Of a DNA stretch of 64,000 bases, positions 10,052 through 20,255 are shown piece after piece. Made by a program: the position numbers and the translations under genes. This DNA is from Methanobacteriota archaeon (GTDB lineage Archaea; Thermoplasmatota; Thermoplasmata; SG8-5; JAGLSY01), in the NCBI GenBank assembly GCA_020696385.1, contig JAEHCQ010000001.1, forward strand, positions 608,001-672,000, in the 5' to 3' direction. Each line of letters starts with the position of its first letter. The stretch's first letter is position 1. The notes under the pieces are model-generated. The model searched no databases. It was not told the DNA's origin and was given only the letters and a program-made list of their open reading frames with translations.

Positions 10052-11641
10052 TCATTCTGGATCGGTGAAATCCAGTATCTTATGTTTTCCAGTCATCAAA
10101 TTCACACATACGACCTTGGCAGGATCCGGATGGAAATTATGTATGGCCTGGAAGGGGGTTTGCGATTGCCAGGCCGATGCACTTATCAGCTTCACACCTC
10201 GATAATTATCAACACCAGATCCATGAACATGCCCGGTCACGAATATATCCGGGACTGGATTGATTATCATGTAATCTTTATCCTCGGGAGCTATGGGAGT
10301 CTTACCACCATAACTAATGGCCATATGCCGCCTCTTGAGCATTTCCTTCATCGCGAGGATCGGCGTCTGGTATGTGAGCTGGGGGACATCCCCTATGAGA
10401 TCATCCACACTTCTTCCATGATATGAGAGCACGTTCACTCCCTCCAGTGTCATATAACATGGATTTCCGACAAAACGAATATTTAGATCGGGATTGAACT
10501 TTCCTTGTATTTCATCATCAAGAGCTGGCTGAGGCTCCGCTGGCCTCGCAGCATCGTGATTCCCTGGCTGGATGATTATCTCGATATGTGGAGGCACCTT
10601 CTCAAGCATTCTGCCAAACTCGGCATATTGTTCCATCAGATCGGTGATAGTGAGCTCGTCCTTCTGATTGGGATATACGCCGATACCATCCACCGTGTCA
10701 CCCGCGATGATCATGTATCTGATCTTGGATACATTATCTTCTTCAGCAAGCCAGGCCATAAAGCGATTCCACTCCACCTCCAGAAAATGCTTGCTGCCAA
10801 CATGCACATCGGATATGAACAGAACCTCGACATCCTCCGAAGCCCTTCTTGGAGAACGATTCACTGGTATATCGGGTTTGACTATGTCATCTGGAAATAG
10901 CATGACGCTATCATCACCCCTATACCCACCCTTGCTTTTCTTTGTCTTTCCAATTATCCCGATAACCTCATCGGCCACCAATGAGATATTATCGCATGGG
11001 CTTCCTTTCAATATCAGGGCTTCCATCTTGCCAGTTTCATCCTCGATAGATATCCTGGTATGGCCGTTCTTTGTCTGATTGATCTCATTGATCATGCCAA
11101 TTATCTTGATCTCATCCTCTAATTTCAGAGCTTTCACGATGGGAATAACAGATCGCATTCTCTGCCATTTGCGAACTATCCTGCTCAGCGTGACATATCT
11201 ATCTTTGAAGTAGCGAGCGAAATTTATAATCTTGCCCTCACAGGTGCTATTGCCAGTGATATCAGTTATTACGACCACTCCACTTTTCTTCTCCCTGATG
11301 GTCGTGGCATCTGCCTTGGAGGTGAGCTGAGCCTGATCTTTTATCACATCGGATGTCCCAGTTCCTTCTTTTTTACTGGAAGCATCGTCAATAGGTGTGG
11401 GAGACAGTGGGTCAGTACGAGTGGTATTTTCCGTTTCTTCCGATCCTTTCTGTGTATATGATAGAACGGATTCCGTGGTCCTGAAATCCTTCAAGCTGAG
11501 AACAAGAGGCAATGCTTCCCGGTCACTAAGAAAATTCTTGATGAAAGCCTTTGGATCCTTCTGTGAAAGTATGAATTCTACAGCATCTGGCTCTATGAGT
11601 GTGCCGTGATCAGTGAGTATCTCCAAAACTTCCTCTTTCAT
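10052..11641 (-). CDS. polD1: DNA polymerase D small (DP1, exonuclease) subunit
   Basis: OB fold plus calcineurin-like motifs SDVHVGS, GDTVDG, PGNHD, YHG, TGHVH; start trimmed to MKEEV. Confidence 0.93.
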   Translation of the reverse strand: MKEEVLEILTDHGTLIEPDAVEFILSQKDPKAFIKNFLSDREALPLVLSLKDFRTTESVLSYTQKGSEETENTTRTDPLSPTPIDDASSKKEGTGTSDVIKDQAQLTSKADATTIREKKSGVVVITDITGNSTCEGKIINFARYFKDRYVTLSRIVRKWQRMRSVIPIVKALKLEDEIKIIGMINEINQTKNGHTRISIEDETGKMEALILKGSPCDNISLVADEVIGIIGKTKKSKGGYRGDDSVMLFPDDIVKPDIPVNRSPRRASEDVEVLFISDVHVGSKHFLEVEWNRFMAWLAEEDNVSKIRYMIIAGDTVDGIGVYPNQKDELTITDLMEQYAEFGRMLEKVPPHIEIIIQPGNHDAARPAEPQPALDDEIQGKFNPDLNIRFVGNPCYMTLEGVNVLSYHGRSVDDLIGDVPQLTYQTPILAMKEMLKRRHMAISYGGKTPIAPEDKDYMIINPVPDIFVTGHVHGSGVDNYRGVKLISASAWQSQTPFQAIHNFHPDPAKVVCVNLMTGKHKILDFTDPE

Positions 11642-11732
11642 GGATTCATAAGGTATGTTAGCGGGGGTTATAAACCTAATTATAAGGAGGAAAAAAGCCA
11701 TCTTGCCCAGTAATAATTATAATATAAAATAA

Positions 11733-11806
11733 TGGGGCCGAGGGGGAGATTTGAACTCCCGTTTGAGGCTCTGCAGGCCCCCACATAGCCGCTATGTTAC
11801 CTCGGC
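11733..11806 (-). tRNA. tRNA-Cys(GCA), CCA encoded
   Basis: Cloverleaf GCCGAGG/CCTCGGC, anticodon loop CTGCAGA, T arm GGGAG-TTCAAAT-CTCCC. Confidence 0.93.
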
Positions 11807-11952
11807 GCTACGTTGTTACTTCAATGATTCATGCGCCGAGGTCCGCCTCAGCGCTATGTTGATGTTGGTGTGTTTCCAGACATCGATGAAATGAGATTTG
11901 GTATATATAATTAAGGCAGGATATGTAATTTTTCCCTTTCGATGTGGAAAAA

Positions 11953-13149
11953 TTATCGTATCCCGATCTCCTCATCTGTCAAATAGCAAGCAGGATCGGA
12001 TCCCCAGACATCTCCCACAGCTTCAGATCTTACCCTTGATCCACCTCTGCATATCTCGAAGAACCGGCAGTTGTCCTTTGCACAACGGCCGGTTATCTTA
12101 TCGTCCTTGTTCTTCAGTCCATTCATAACTGGATCTGAGATGTCATCCCAGATCTCACCGAACTTTCTTTCCTTCACATTCCCAAAGCTGTAGTGCTGCC
12201 AGAACTGGTTCGCATGCACTCTGCCAAGATGGTCGACATCCGCTATCGTCTGGCCTGTGCCGTCGCCTCCGTTCCTCTTTAGCAGGCTGTAAGCCCATTC
12301 CGCCCTCTCAGGATCCTCATCCTTCAGTGTGAGATAAAGGTAGCCAGCATCCGCATAGTTCCCAACAAGCAGAGTCTCTATCGGATATCCATCAGCATGG
12401 TGCTTTTTTGTAAGTTCGAAATACGTGGTCATCGCCTTTCTGGTCTCTTCATGGCTCAGGTCCAATTCCTGAATCTCTTTTCCCCTTCCGGTATAATCCA
12501 GGTGGTACACGCAACATCTGCTTACCCCGATCTCCTTGAGCTTGAGGAGCACCCCCTCCAAATCGTCTTTGTTATGCTGAGTTATCGTGAATCTGAGTCC
12601 AGTCTTCTGTCCCACCTTGAGACAATTCTTCATTCCTTCGACAGCTCTATCGAAGGCCCCATCCATTCCACGGAACTTGTCATTCACATCTTTCAGTCCA
12701 TCCAGTGAAACTCCGATGTACATGATGCCAGCCTCTTTGGCTAACCTCGCCTTCTCTTCGGTGATAAGTGTTCCATTTGTGGAAATCACAGGTCGGAGGC
12801 CCAGTGATTTCGCATATCTAGCCAGCTCGAAGAGATCTTCCCTCATGAAGGGCTCGCCACCTGAGAAAAGAAGCACTGGCGCATTGTATTCAGCTACATC
12901 TTCGATGAATCTCTTTGCCTCTTCCGTGCTGAGCTCGCCCTCGGCTGTTTGAGTGGTTGCCTCGGCATAACAATGAACACACTTCAGATTGCATCGGTTC
13001 GTCATGTTCCAGACCACGATGGGTTTGTTCGATTTCACCGCTCCGTGGTGATGTTTGATCTGCTCTGGTCCGCCTTCCTTGGCATCTCCATATCTAAGCC
13101 CGTCCGACTCGCTCTCTGCTCCTAATAATAGTTTTGATACTCCGATCAT
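11953..13149 (-). CDS. ahbC: Radical SAM 12,18-didecarboxysiroheme deacetylase (Fe-coproporphyrin III synthase)
   Basis: MIGVSKLL...DGLRYG N-terminus, VVWNMTNRCNLKCVHCY, SPASM domain; ATGA overlap with cobA. Confidence 0.88.
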   Translation of the reverse strand: MIGVSKLLLGAESESDGLRYGDAKEGGPEQIKHHHGAVKSNKPIVVWNMTNRCNLKCVHCYAEATTQTAEGELSTEEAKRFIEDVAEYNAPVLLFSGGEPFMREDLFELARYAKSLGLRPVISTNGTLITEEKARLAKEAGIMYIGVSLDGLKDVNDKFRGMDGAFDRAVEGMKNCLKVGQKTGLRFTITQHNKDDLEGVLLKLKEIGVSRCCVYHLDYTGRGKEIQELDLSHEETRKAMTTYFELTKKHHADGYPIETLLVGNYADAGYLYLTLKDEDPERAEWAYSLLKRNGGDGTGQTIADVDHLGRVHANQFWQHYSFGNVKERKFGEIWDDISDPVMNGLKNKDDKITGRCAKDNCRFFEICRGGSRVRSEAVGDVWGSDPACYLTDEEIGIR

Positions 13150-14576
13150 GGAAATCCACTCCATAGATAATTCATATACGCATTCACCATGCCCTGGATG
13201 GTGTGCTCTCTGGCCGTGATGTGGGGCATGGTCAAATACTTTGAGGTCTCGGGACCGATGGATATGATGGTCTTGCCAGCATATGCTTCGGGAGACACTT
13301 CACTGATACTTTTGGCGCAAGATGCGGACACTACGAAGAGTGCGTCAGATGAGAGCAATAAACTCTCATCCGCCGGCAATCTTTCAATATCATATACTGG
13401 CACCTCGCTATAATCATGATCCTTTGACAATCTGGAAGGCAAGTGATCTGTAGCGGCGGAGGAACGAAGAGCTAGTATCCTGGAGCCCTTCGGCATTTCG
13501 GCCATTATGTGCTCGGCCAGTCCTTCAGAATTGTATGCTTCCCCGCTGGTGGCTCGCAAACCCCATTCCTTCCCGATGTGGGAACGGGTCTTCGGTCCTA
13601 TGCTGAACATCCTGCCAGCATAGTTTGATAGATCTATTTTCTCGCCCACCTTCTTCACGCCTTCCAATGATGTGAAGACCAGGGCGTCGAATTCCGATAC
13701 CTCCGGAATTTGGAAATCCCTGGGAACTATCTCGATAAGCGGCATGGGTATTGCCTCCATGCCATAACTTTCGAAGAGCTCCAAGCTCTCCTGCATGTGG
13801 CTTTTGGCTCTCGTGAGGACGACCTTCTTTCCTCTGAGATTGGCCAGCTTCTTCTCGAACCAGCTGAGTTGATTGTGAAGTTCAGCCACCGGACCTATAA
13901 CGAATATAACCGGTGGTTGCAGGTCTATACCTTCCCCGGCCAGCTTGCCCAAAGTGGACATCACTGTCTTTTGTTTCGGGGTCGTGCCACTGTAAATCGC
14001 GGCTACTGGTGTATCTGCTGACCGACCATGATCCATAAGCCGTTTGGCTGTCATGGATATTCTGGATACGCCCATCAATACAACGAGATTATCGGGAAGG
14101 TTTTTCCATTCGATGGACGAGTCCTCTTTATCGGATTCATGACCTGTTACGAAAGCAACGGATGAATTGAAATCACGATGAGTTACTGGAACTCCAGCAT
14201 AAGCTGGCACGGATACAGCGGATGAGATTCCTGGAACCAATTCAAAGGGTATTCCAGCCTCTACACAGATCTGGGCTTCCTCGCCACCACGACCGAATAT
14301 GAGGGGATCACCGCCCTTCAAACGGACCACGAACTTATCGCGACCATGCTCGACAATGGCATCATTTATCTGCTGCTGGATGGTTTGTGAATGGGCGGAA
14401 TCCTTCTCCCTCTTGCCCATGTATATCATCTCGCAATCAACAGGAGCCCAATCCAATATCTGGGGATTGGCCAGTTTATCGTAGATTATCACCTGCGCTC
14501 GCTGGACCAGTTCCTTCGCTTTGAGTGTGACGAGTCCGATATCTCCAGGGCCTGCACCCACGATGTAAACAACCAT
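13146..14576 (-). CDS. cobA: Uroporphyrinogen-III C-methyltransferase / uroporphyrinogen-III synthase fusion (CobA-HemD)
   Basis: VGAGPGD, RLKGGDPLIFGRGGEE, then HemD-like domain starting GKKVVLTR. Confidence 0.92.
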   Translation of the reverse strand: MVVYIVGAGPGDIGLVTLKAKELVQRAQVIIYDKLANPQILDWAPVDCEMIYMGKREKDSAHSQTIQQQINDAIVEHGRDKFVVRLKGGDPLIFGRGGEEAQICVEAGIPFELVPGISSAVSVPAYAGVPVTHRDFNSSVAFVTGHESDKEDSSIEWKNLPDNLVVLMGVSRISMTAKRLMDHGRSADTPVAAIYSGTTPKQKTVMSTLGKLAGEGIDLQPPVIFVIGPVAELHNQLSWFEKKLANLRGKKVVLTRAKSHMQESLELFESYGMEAIPMPLIEIVPRDFQIPEVSEFDALVFTSLEGVKKVGEKIDLSNYAGRMFSIGPKTRSHIGKEWGLRATSGEAYNSEGLAEHIMAEMPKGSRILALRSSAATDHLPSRLSKDHDYSEVPVYDIERLPADESLLLSSDALFVVSASCAKSISEVSPEAYAGKTIISIGPETSKYLTMPHITAREHTIQGMVNAYMNYLWSGFP

Positions 14577-15491
14577 TCAGCTTCCTCCTTTTCTGAGTTC
14601 TTCCAACAAGACGTCGCCACCGGATCTCAGAAGATTTTCCGCGAGGCCAGTCGCTAATTCAATGCCGTCCGAGAGCTTTCCGATTCTTGTCTCGGAAAGG
14701 TATCGCTTCCCATCAGCGGATGAAATAAAGCCTTTTATTTCGACCAATTTTCCATCTGAATCAATTTCCGTATGAATGCCCGCTGGTACCTGACATCCAC
14801 CATCCAGTGCTGTCAGGAAACTTCGCTCGATATCGCATGCCATTCTTGTAGGGGCGTGCTCGAGCTTTTTCAATAATTCTAAAACCTCGGTATCATCCGC
14901 TCTGGCCGTGATGCCCAGAGCGCCCTGCCCCGGGGCTGGTATGAAGGTATCGCTGTCCAGTGACTTGTATTCTTCTGCTGAATATCCCATCCTTCTCAAG
15001 CCAGCTTCGGCCACGATTATGGCATCGTATTGACCTTCGGCCTGCTTGCGCATACGAGTGTCAATATTGCCTCTGAGATCGAGCATCTGGAGATCTGGTC
15101 TCAAGTGCCTGGCCAAAGCCTGTCTGCGTAAGCTGGATGTTCCGATATTCGCATTGAGTGGAAGATCCTCAATGCTTCCGGCTCCCACAATCGCATCATT
15201 GGATGGTTCGCGAATTGGTACCGCGGCAATGATCATACCTTCTGGCAGGTCTGTTGGGATATCCTTGTAAGAATGTACTGCCAGATCTATTTCTCCGGCC
15301 AGCAGGGCGTCATCAATCTCCTTTGTGAAGAAAGCCTTGCCTTCCAGCTTGGCCAGTGCCACGTCCTGGATATTGTCCCCTCGGGTCTTGATGACCTTGA
15401 TGGGGATATCTATACCCAAATCTCTGATAATACCCTCGGTCTGGGTGAGTGCGAGTTTCGACCCGCGGCTTCCGGCAATTAATTGTCTCAT
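14577..15491 (-). CDS. hemC: Hydroxymethylbilane synthase
   Basis: GSRGSKLA, AVHSYKD, GTSSLRR, RGNIDTR, GGCQVP. Confidence 0.95.
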   Translation of the reverse strand: MRQLIAGSRGSKLALTQTEGIIRDLGIDIPIKVIKTRGDNIQDVALAKLEGKAFFTKEIDDALLAGEIDLAVHSYKDIPTDLPEGMIIAAVPIREPSNDAIVGAGSIEDLPLNANIGTSSLRRQALARHLRPDLQMLDLRGNIDTRMRKQAEGQYDAIIVAEAGLRRMGYSAEEYKSLDSDTFIPAPGQGALGITARADDTEVLELLKKLEHAPTRMACDIERSFLTALDGGCQVPAGIHTEIDSDGKLVEIKGFISSADGKRYLSETRIGKLSDGIELATGLAENLLRSGGDVLLEELRKGGS

Positions 15492-15502
15492 TTGATTCTC
15501 CT

Positions 15503-16774
15503 TTACACATGTGTATGCTTCAAGGCTGTTTCGAAAGCCTCCAGAGAGGTGTCGATTATCTGCTGGTCATGCGCGATTGATGTGAAACAGCATTCGAACT
15601 GCGATGGTGGCAGGAATACTCCCAATTCTCTCAGCTTGGCGCAGTAGTCCAGGAATTTCTTGTCATCCGATAGTTTTGCCTCGTCCAAATTGGTGACTGG
15701 CTTGTCATTGAAGAAGACCTGGAACATGGGGCCGATTCCCTGCACTTGGTAATTGAGGCCGATATCCTCCAAGATAGATTTCAGACCATTTTGTACCTTA
15801 TTGCCAGCGTCTGCGATCTTGCTGAGAGCATCCGTGTTCTTGATGGTCTTCAGTGTCGCTATGCCTGCGGCTATCGATACCGGGTGGCCATTGAAGGTCC
15901 CGGCATTGTAGACTTGACCTGATGGAGTGATATTATCCATTATCTCATGCCTGGCTCCCATCATGCCCATGTGGAAGCCTCCGCTGATGATCTTACCCAT
16001 TGTGACGATATCCGCATCCACGCCGAAGTATTCCTGAGCTCCGCCCTGTCCCAGCCTGAAGCCGGTTATGACCTCATCCAGTATCAAAAGTGAATCGTGC
16101 TCCGCCAGTATCTTTTTGGCATCAGGCAGATAATTATCCTTTGGAAGTATGCAGCCAGCATTTCCAATAGCTGGCTCGGTGATCATGGCCGCTATTTCGC
16201 CTTCATTTTCCTTGAGGGCGGTCTCGATGGCATCCAGGTCATTGTATGGAATTAGAATTGTATTCTTTGTCACATCCTTTGGAATACCTTTTGAATTGGG
16301 CACGCTGTGCGTCAGTGCTCCTGAGCCAGCTTTGACGAGCACAGCGTCATGTGCTCCATGAAATGCGCCTTCGATCTTGATTATCTTGTCGCGACCAGTG
16401 AATCCCCTGGCAAGACGAATAGCCGTCATCGTGGCTTCCGTGCCTGTGTTCATGCATCTTATCTTGTCCACATTGGGAACTGTAGATGTGATCAACTTGG
16501 CATATTCCAGTTCTGCCTCGGTTGGTGTGCCGAAGCACCAACCGAGGGCCAGTCTTTCCTCCACTGCCTTTCTGATAATAGGGTTATTGTGACCCAGTAT
16601 CATCGGCCCGAAGGCCAGGCAGTAGTCGATGTATGACTTTCCTTCTGCATCGTATAGTCTGGCTCCCTCGCTCCTTTCCACGAAGAAAGGATACGGGGAT
16701 ATGGCTCTGACCGGGCTGTTCACGCCGCCGACCAGTACTTCTTTTGAAGCTTCGAACAATTCCTGATTTTTCAT
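15503..16774 (-). CDS. hemL: Glutamate-1-semialdehyde 2,1-aminomutase
   Basis: GGVNSPVRA, GTEATMTAIRLARG, DEVITGFR, GKIISGG, PPSQFE. Confidence 0.95.
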   Translation of the reverse strand: MKNQELFEASKEVLVGGVNSPVRAISPYPFFVERSEGARLYDAEGKSYIDYCLAFGPMILGHNNPIIRKAVEERLALGWCFGTPTEAELEYAKLITSTVPNVDKIRCMNTGTEATMTAIRLARGFTGRDKIIKIEGAFHGAHDAVLVKAGSGALTHSVPNSKGIPKDVTKNTILIPYNDLDAIETALKENEGEIAAMITEPAIGNAGCILPKDNYLPDAKKILAEHDSLLILDEVITGFRLGQGGAQEYFGVDADIVTMGKIISGGFHMGMMGARHEIMDNITPSGQVYNAGTFNGHPVSIAAGIATLKTIKNTDALSKIADAGNKVQNGLKSILEDIGLNYQVQGIGPMFQVFFNDKPVTNLDEAKLSDDKKFLDYCAKLRELGVFLPPSQFECCFTSIAHDQQIIDTSLEAFETALKHTHV

Positions 16775-17778
16775 ATTATCACCTTTTTACCTCTACGGTC
16801 AATCACCTTTGCGGCTTCCTTTGCAAAGTAAGTCAATATCATAGTTGCCCCGGCTCGCCTTATTGCCAGCAGGGATTCCATCATGGCTGCCTCTTTATCC
16901 AGCCAGCCATTTTCTGCGGCCGCGATTATCATCGAGTATTCCCCGGATACTTGATAAGCGGCCAGTGGTGAATCAAAGGCATCGGTGATGCCTTTGATCA
17001 CGTCAAGGTATGGCAAAGCTGGCTTTACCATCACTATGTCAGCCCCTTCCAGAATATCAAGCTCAACTTCTCTGAAGGCCTGGCTCAAGTTAGATGGATC
17101 CATCTGGTGAGATTTTCTATCCTTTGGCCCTTCTGCAAAGCCAGATTCTGCCGCTTCCCTAAAAGGCCCATAGAATGAAGAAGCATATTTCACCGCATAT
17201 GCCATTATTATCGTGTCCTTGTGGCCGTCATCATCCAGTGCCTGTCGGATATGCGCAACTCGTCCATCCATCATATCAGACGGAGCAATGATATCAGCTC
17301 CGGCTCTCGCATATTCCAAGGAAGCCTTTGAGTAAAGATCCAGTGCCTCGTCATTGAGTATCTTATCGCCCTCAATGGGGGCGCAATGGCCATGATCCGT
17401 GTACTCGCAAAGACACACATCGCAAGCCACCAGGAGACTATCACCCAGCTCTTTCTTGATAGCCCTGACAGCCCGAGGGATTATTCCCTCCGGATTGTAA
17501 GCTTCCGAACCATGGTGGTCTTTTTTGCTTGGAATGCCAAAAAGTATTATCGCGGGTATACCGAGGTCGCGAACTTCCCTGGCTTCTTTCACCAGGGAGC
17601 TTATCGAATGTTGGAAAACACCTGGCATGGCACTTATGGGATTCTTCTCACCATCTGCCAGGTCTTCTTTCACGAATAATGGAAGTATGAGATTGGATGG
17701 TTTTAATTCAAATTCAGCCACCATATTCCGCATTAGATGGTGGTTCCTCAGTCTTCTCATCCTCACATTGGGAAACAT
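16771..17778 (-). CDS. hemB: Porphobilinogen synthase (Zn-type)
   Basis: DVCLCEYTDHGHC, APSDMMDGRV, FYGPFREA, VMVKPA, YQVSGEY. Confidence 0.95.
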   Translation of the reverse strand: MFPNVRMRRLRNHHLMRNMVAEFELKPSNLILPLFVKEDLADGEKNPISAMPGVFQHSISSLVKEAREVRDLGIPAIILFGIPSKKDHHGSEAYNPEGIIPRAVRAIKKELGDSLLVACDVCLCEYTDHGHCAPIEGDKILNDEALDLYSKASLEYARAGADIIAPSDMMDGRVAHIRQALDDDGHKDTIIMAYAVKYASSFYGPFREAAESGFAEGPKDRKSHQMDPSNLSQAFREVELDILEGADIVMVKPALPYLDVIKGITDAFDSPLAAYQVSGEYSMIIAAAENGWLDKEAAMMESLLAIRRAGATMILTYFAKEAAKVIDRRGKKVII

Positions 17779-19160
17779 TATTCTTCCTCCTCTTTTTCAT
17801 CGTCATTGTTATGGCCAGTTGGTTTCTTCATGGTACTAGGGTGAACCTGCGTTTTTCCCGGATGTCCTCCTGGGTGTCCCCCTGGATGACCGGGTACTGA
17901 GCCAGGGTGGCCATTGATATCACCATTGCCAGTGAAGACTTGTGTGAAATTCTCCATCTGATTCTGACTCTGTGGATTATCCCTGATATGCAATAATAAG
18001 TTGTGCATCAGTTTTTTCATCAAACTGCGGGAAAGATCATCCATGACCTCCTGGGTCTTGGGATCGAGGTCATCTATTCTTCTCAGGGATCTCTCCAGTT
18101 CCCTGGCTCGTATCTCTTCCGTGTATCGGTTCAAACTGGAAAGGAAGGTCTCGATATGCAGGTTCTCCAGCTTCATCTTGAACCTGGACAGCTCCTCCTC
18201 GATTATCTTCTCACTTCTTACAACCTCTTCTTGTCTGGCCAGTTTGTTCTTCTCGGATATCTCCCTTAGATCCCGTATTGAGAAATATTGAATGACATCC
18301 AGCTCCCGCACTGTCGGGTCTATGTCCGATGGCATGGCGATATCGATAAGTGTGAGCGGCTCCGTCCTGCCCTTCACTGCCGACTCCACCAGTTCTTTCG
18401 TGATGAGCACATGAGGACAGGAGGTGGCTGTGAAGATGACATCGGCCTTTTCCATGCCCTGCTTGACATCTGAAAATGGTATCTGGGTGGATGAGTATTT
18501 ATCGCAGAATCTTCGAATATTCTCAGGAGTGCGGCCCACCACGACAATACTGCCAAGCTGGAACTGGCATATATAATCCGCCAGTAAGGAGGCCATGTTT
18601 CCTGTTCCGATTAACATGACATTCTTACCGGAAAGCGGGTTATGTTTATTGGCTAGATCGACCGCGGCCGATGAAATGGAAACCTTTCCTTTGGAAATGT
18701 TGGTCTCAGACCTCACGCGCTTGCCAATATACAGCGCCCTCTGAAAAATAGGCTCCAGCACTCGACCAGTATGATTATTTTTGGAAGCGTATTCGAGTGC
18801 TTCCTTCATCTGGGCCAGTATCTGATTCTCACCAACCATCAAACTATCGATGGAGGACACGACCCTGAAGAGATGATTGAGAGTTTCCAGATAGCGTTCG
18901 GAAATAATATATTCGGACATGTCGGCCCCATATCTGTCCATCATGAATTTCCTCATCTGGGCCTTTCCCGTGTCCTCATCATCTCCCGAATAGTATATTT
19001 CAAAGCGATTGCAGGTCTGGACGACCACGGCCTCGGTTATGCCATCTGTTAAAAGAAGTTCCTTGTAGAAATCTTCCATCTTGGATTCGGGAATATGAAG
19101 TGTATCCAATGTTTTCTGATCACTGGTCTCGAAGGTGACCTTAATGCTGGCAATGTACAT
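17778..19160 (-). CDS. hemA: Glutamyl-tRNA reductase with C-terminal GHPG-repeat tail
   Basis: QTCNRFEIY, SLMVGENQILAQ, IGTGNM, IDIAMPSDI; start trimmed to MYIAS. Confidence 0.92.
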   Translation of the reverse strand: MYIASIKVTFETSDQKTLDTLHIPESKMEDFYKELLLTDGITEAVVVQTCNRFEIYYSGDDEDTGKAQMRKFMMDRYGADMSEYIISERYLETLNHLFRVVSSIDSLMVGENQILAQMKEALEYASKNNHTGRVLEPIFQRALYIGKRVRSETNISKGKVSISSAAVDLANKHNPLSGKNVMLIGTGNMASLLADYICQFQLGSIVVVGRTPENIRRFCDKYSSTQIPFSDVKQGMEKADVIFTATSCPHVLITKELVESAVKGRTEPLTLIDIAMPSDIDPTVRELDVIQYFSIRDLREISEKNKLARQEEVVRSEKIIEEELSRFKMKLENLHIETFLSSLNRYTEEIRARELERSLRRIDDLDPKTQEVMDDLSRSLMKKLMHNLLLHIRDNPQSQNQMENFTQVFTGNGDINGHPGSVPGHPGGHPGGHPGKTQVHPSTMKKPTGHNNDDEKEEEE

Positions 19161-19761
19161 CGAACACCTCCTTTGCTCTTTTCCTGGCCTCTTCGATCTT
19201 ACCCTGCTCGACCAGTTCCCCAAGCTGGGCATCTGCAAATATTTCTTCAAAAATGCGGTTCTTCTCATCGATCCCATCTATCTGGCATCTGAGTGGGTGA
19301 AGGGCCTCTAGCCAGATATCCTTGCCGACCACCCAATCATCCAATTCTTCCCTCATCTTGCGAGCCATGAAAGGTGACACGCCTCCAGTGGAGATGGATA
19401 TCGTGACATCTCCAGCTTTGGAAATCCCTGTGAAGAAGATATTGGAAAGCTCCTGATCGTCAACAACATTGATCAGGATGCCTTGTTCAAGGCAATGATT
19501 CGCTATCTGGCGATTGAGCACCCTATCGGAAAAGGCAGATATGACCAATGCCGTATTGCCGGGAATTTGATCTTTGAAATTATCGCCAGTTATTTCCATA
19601 TTTACAATAGTGACATGATCTGGCATGGGAAGCGCGTCCTTGGATATCAGAGTAATATTATTGGTGAACATGGATGCGTATTCCACCTTGCGCTGACCCA
19701 CATTACCACCTCCGAAGATGATAACTGGCCCCTCCATGTTCAGTACAACAGGCATTTTCAT
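19141..19761 (-). CDS. sirC: Precorrin-2 dehydrogenase / sirohydrochlorin ferrochelatase (SirC/Met8-like)
   Basis: IFGGGNVGQRK, INVVDD, ISISTGGVSP. Confidence 0.85.
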   Translation of the reverse strand: MKMPVVLNMEGPVIIFGGGNVGQRKVEYASMFTNNITLISKDALPMPDHVTIVNMEITGDNFKDQIPGNTALVISAFSDRVLNRQIANHCLEQGILINVVDDQELSNIFFTGISKAGDVTISISTGGVSPFMARKMREELDDWVVGKDIWLEALHPLRCQIDGIDEKNRIFEEIFADAQLGELVEQGKIEEARKRAKEVFDVHCQH

Positions 19762-20255
19762 TGGTCGTCCTCCTCGTTATCTGCCAGATCTTCCTTCCTC
19801 AATCTGAAGGAAGTCTTTTTTAATTCCGTATGTGAAAAGAATATATCATAGCTTTGGAGATCATGTCTTTTGGCGATCTCCGAGACCTTGGATACAGCCT
19901 CCTCGCGGGTCTGGCCATGAACCATGAAGAAGAGATTATGATCCCAACCATCACGGGAATAACAATGGGTGACTCCTTCTTCCTGTGCGACAGCCATTCC
20001 AACCTCGTCCATTCGGTCATCTGGTATACTGGCGGCTGTCATCGCATTGGCCGAGAAACCCACCTTCCTGTGGGCGATGGAAGGTGCTATTCTTCGAATT
20101 ATGCCTTTTGCCAGTAATTCCCCACATATATCCAGGACCTCTTTTTCCGGCATACCGAGCTTATCAGCTATTATTCTGAAAGGATCAATTGCCAGGGGCA
20201 TGTCCTGAACTTCGAACAATACTTTTTTCTCCACATCAGATATCAAATTTAACAC
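19758..20255 (-). CDS. ahbB: Siroheme decarboxylase beta subunit
   Basis: Lrp-like fold, HRKVGFSANAM, VTHCYSR, ELKKTS. Confidence 0.88.
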   Translation of the reverse strand: MLNLISDVEKKVLFEVQDMPLAIDPFRIIADKLGMPEKEVLDICGELLAKGIIRRIAPSIAHRKVGFSANAMTAASIPDDRMDEVGMAVAQEEGVTHCYSRDGWDHNLFFMVHGQTREEAVSKVSEIAKRHDLQSYDIFFSHTELKKTSFRLRKEDLADNEEDDQ

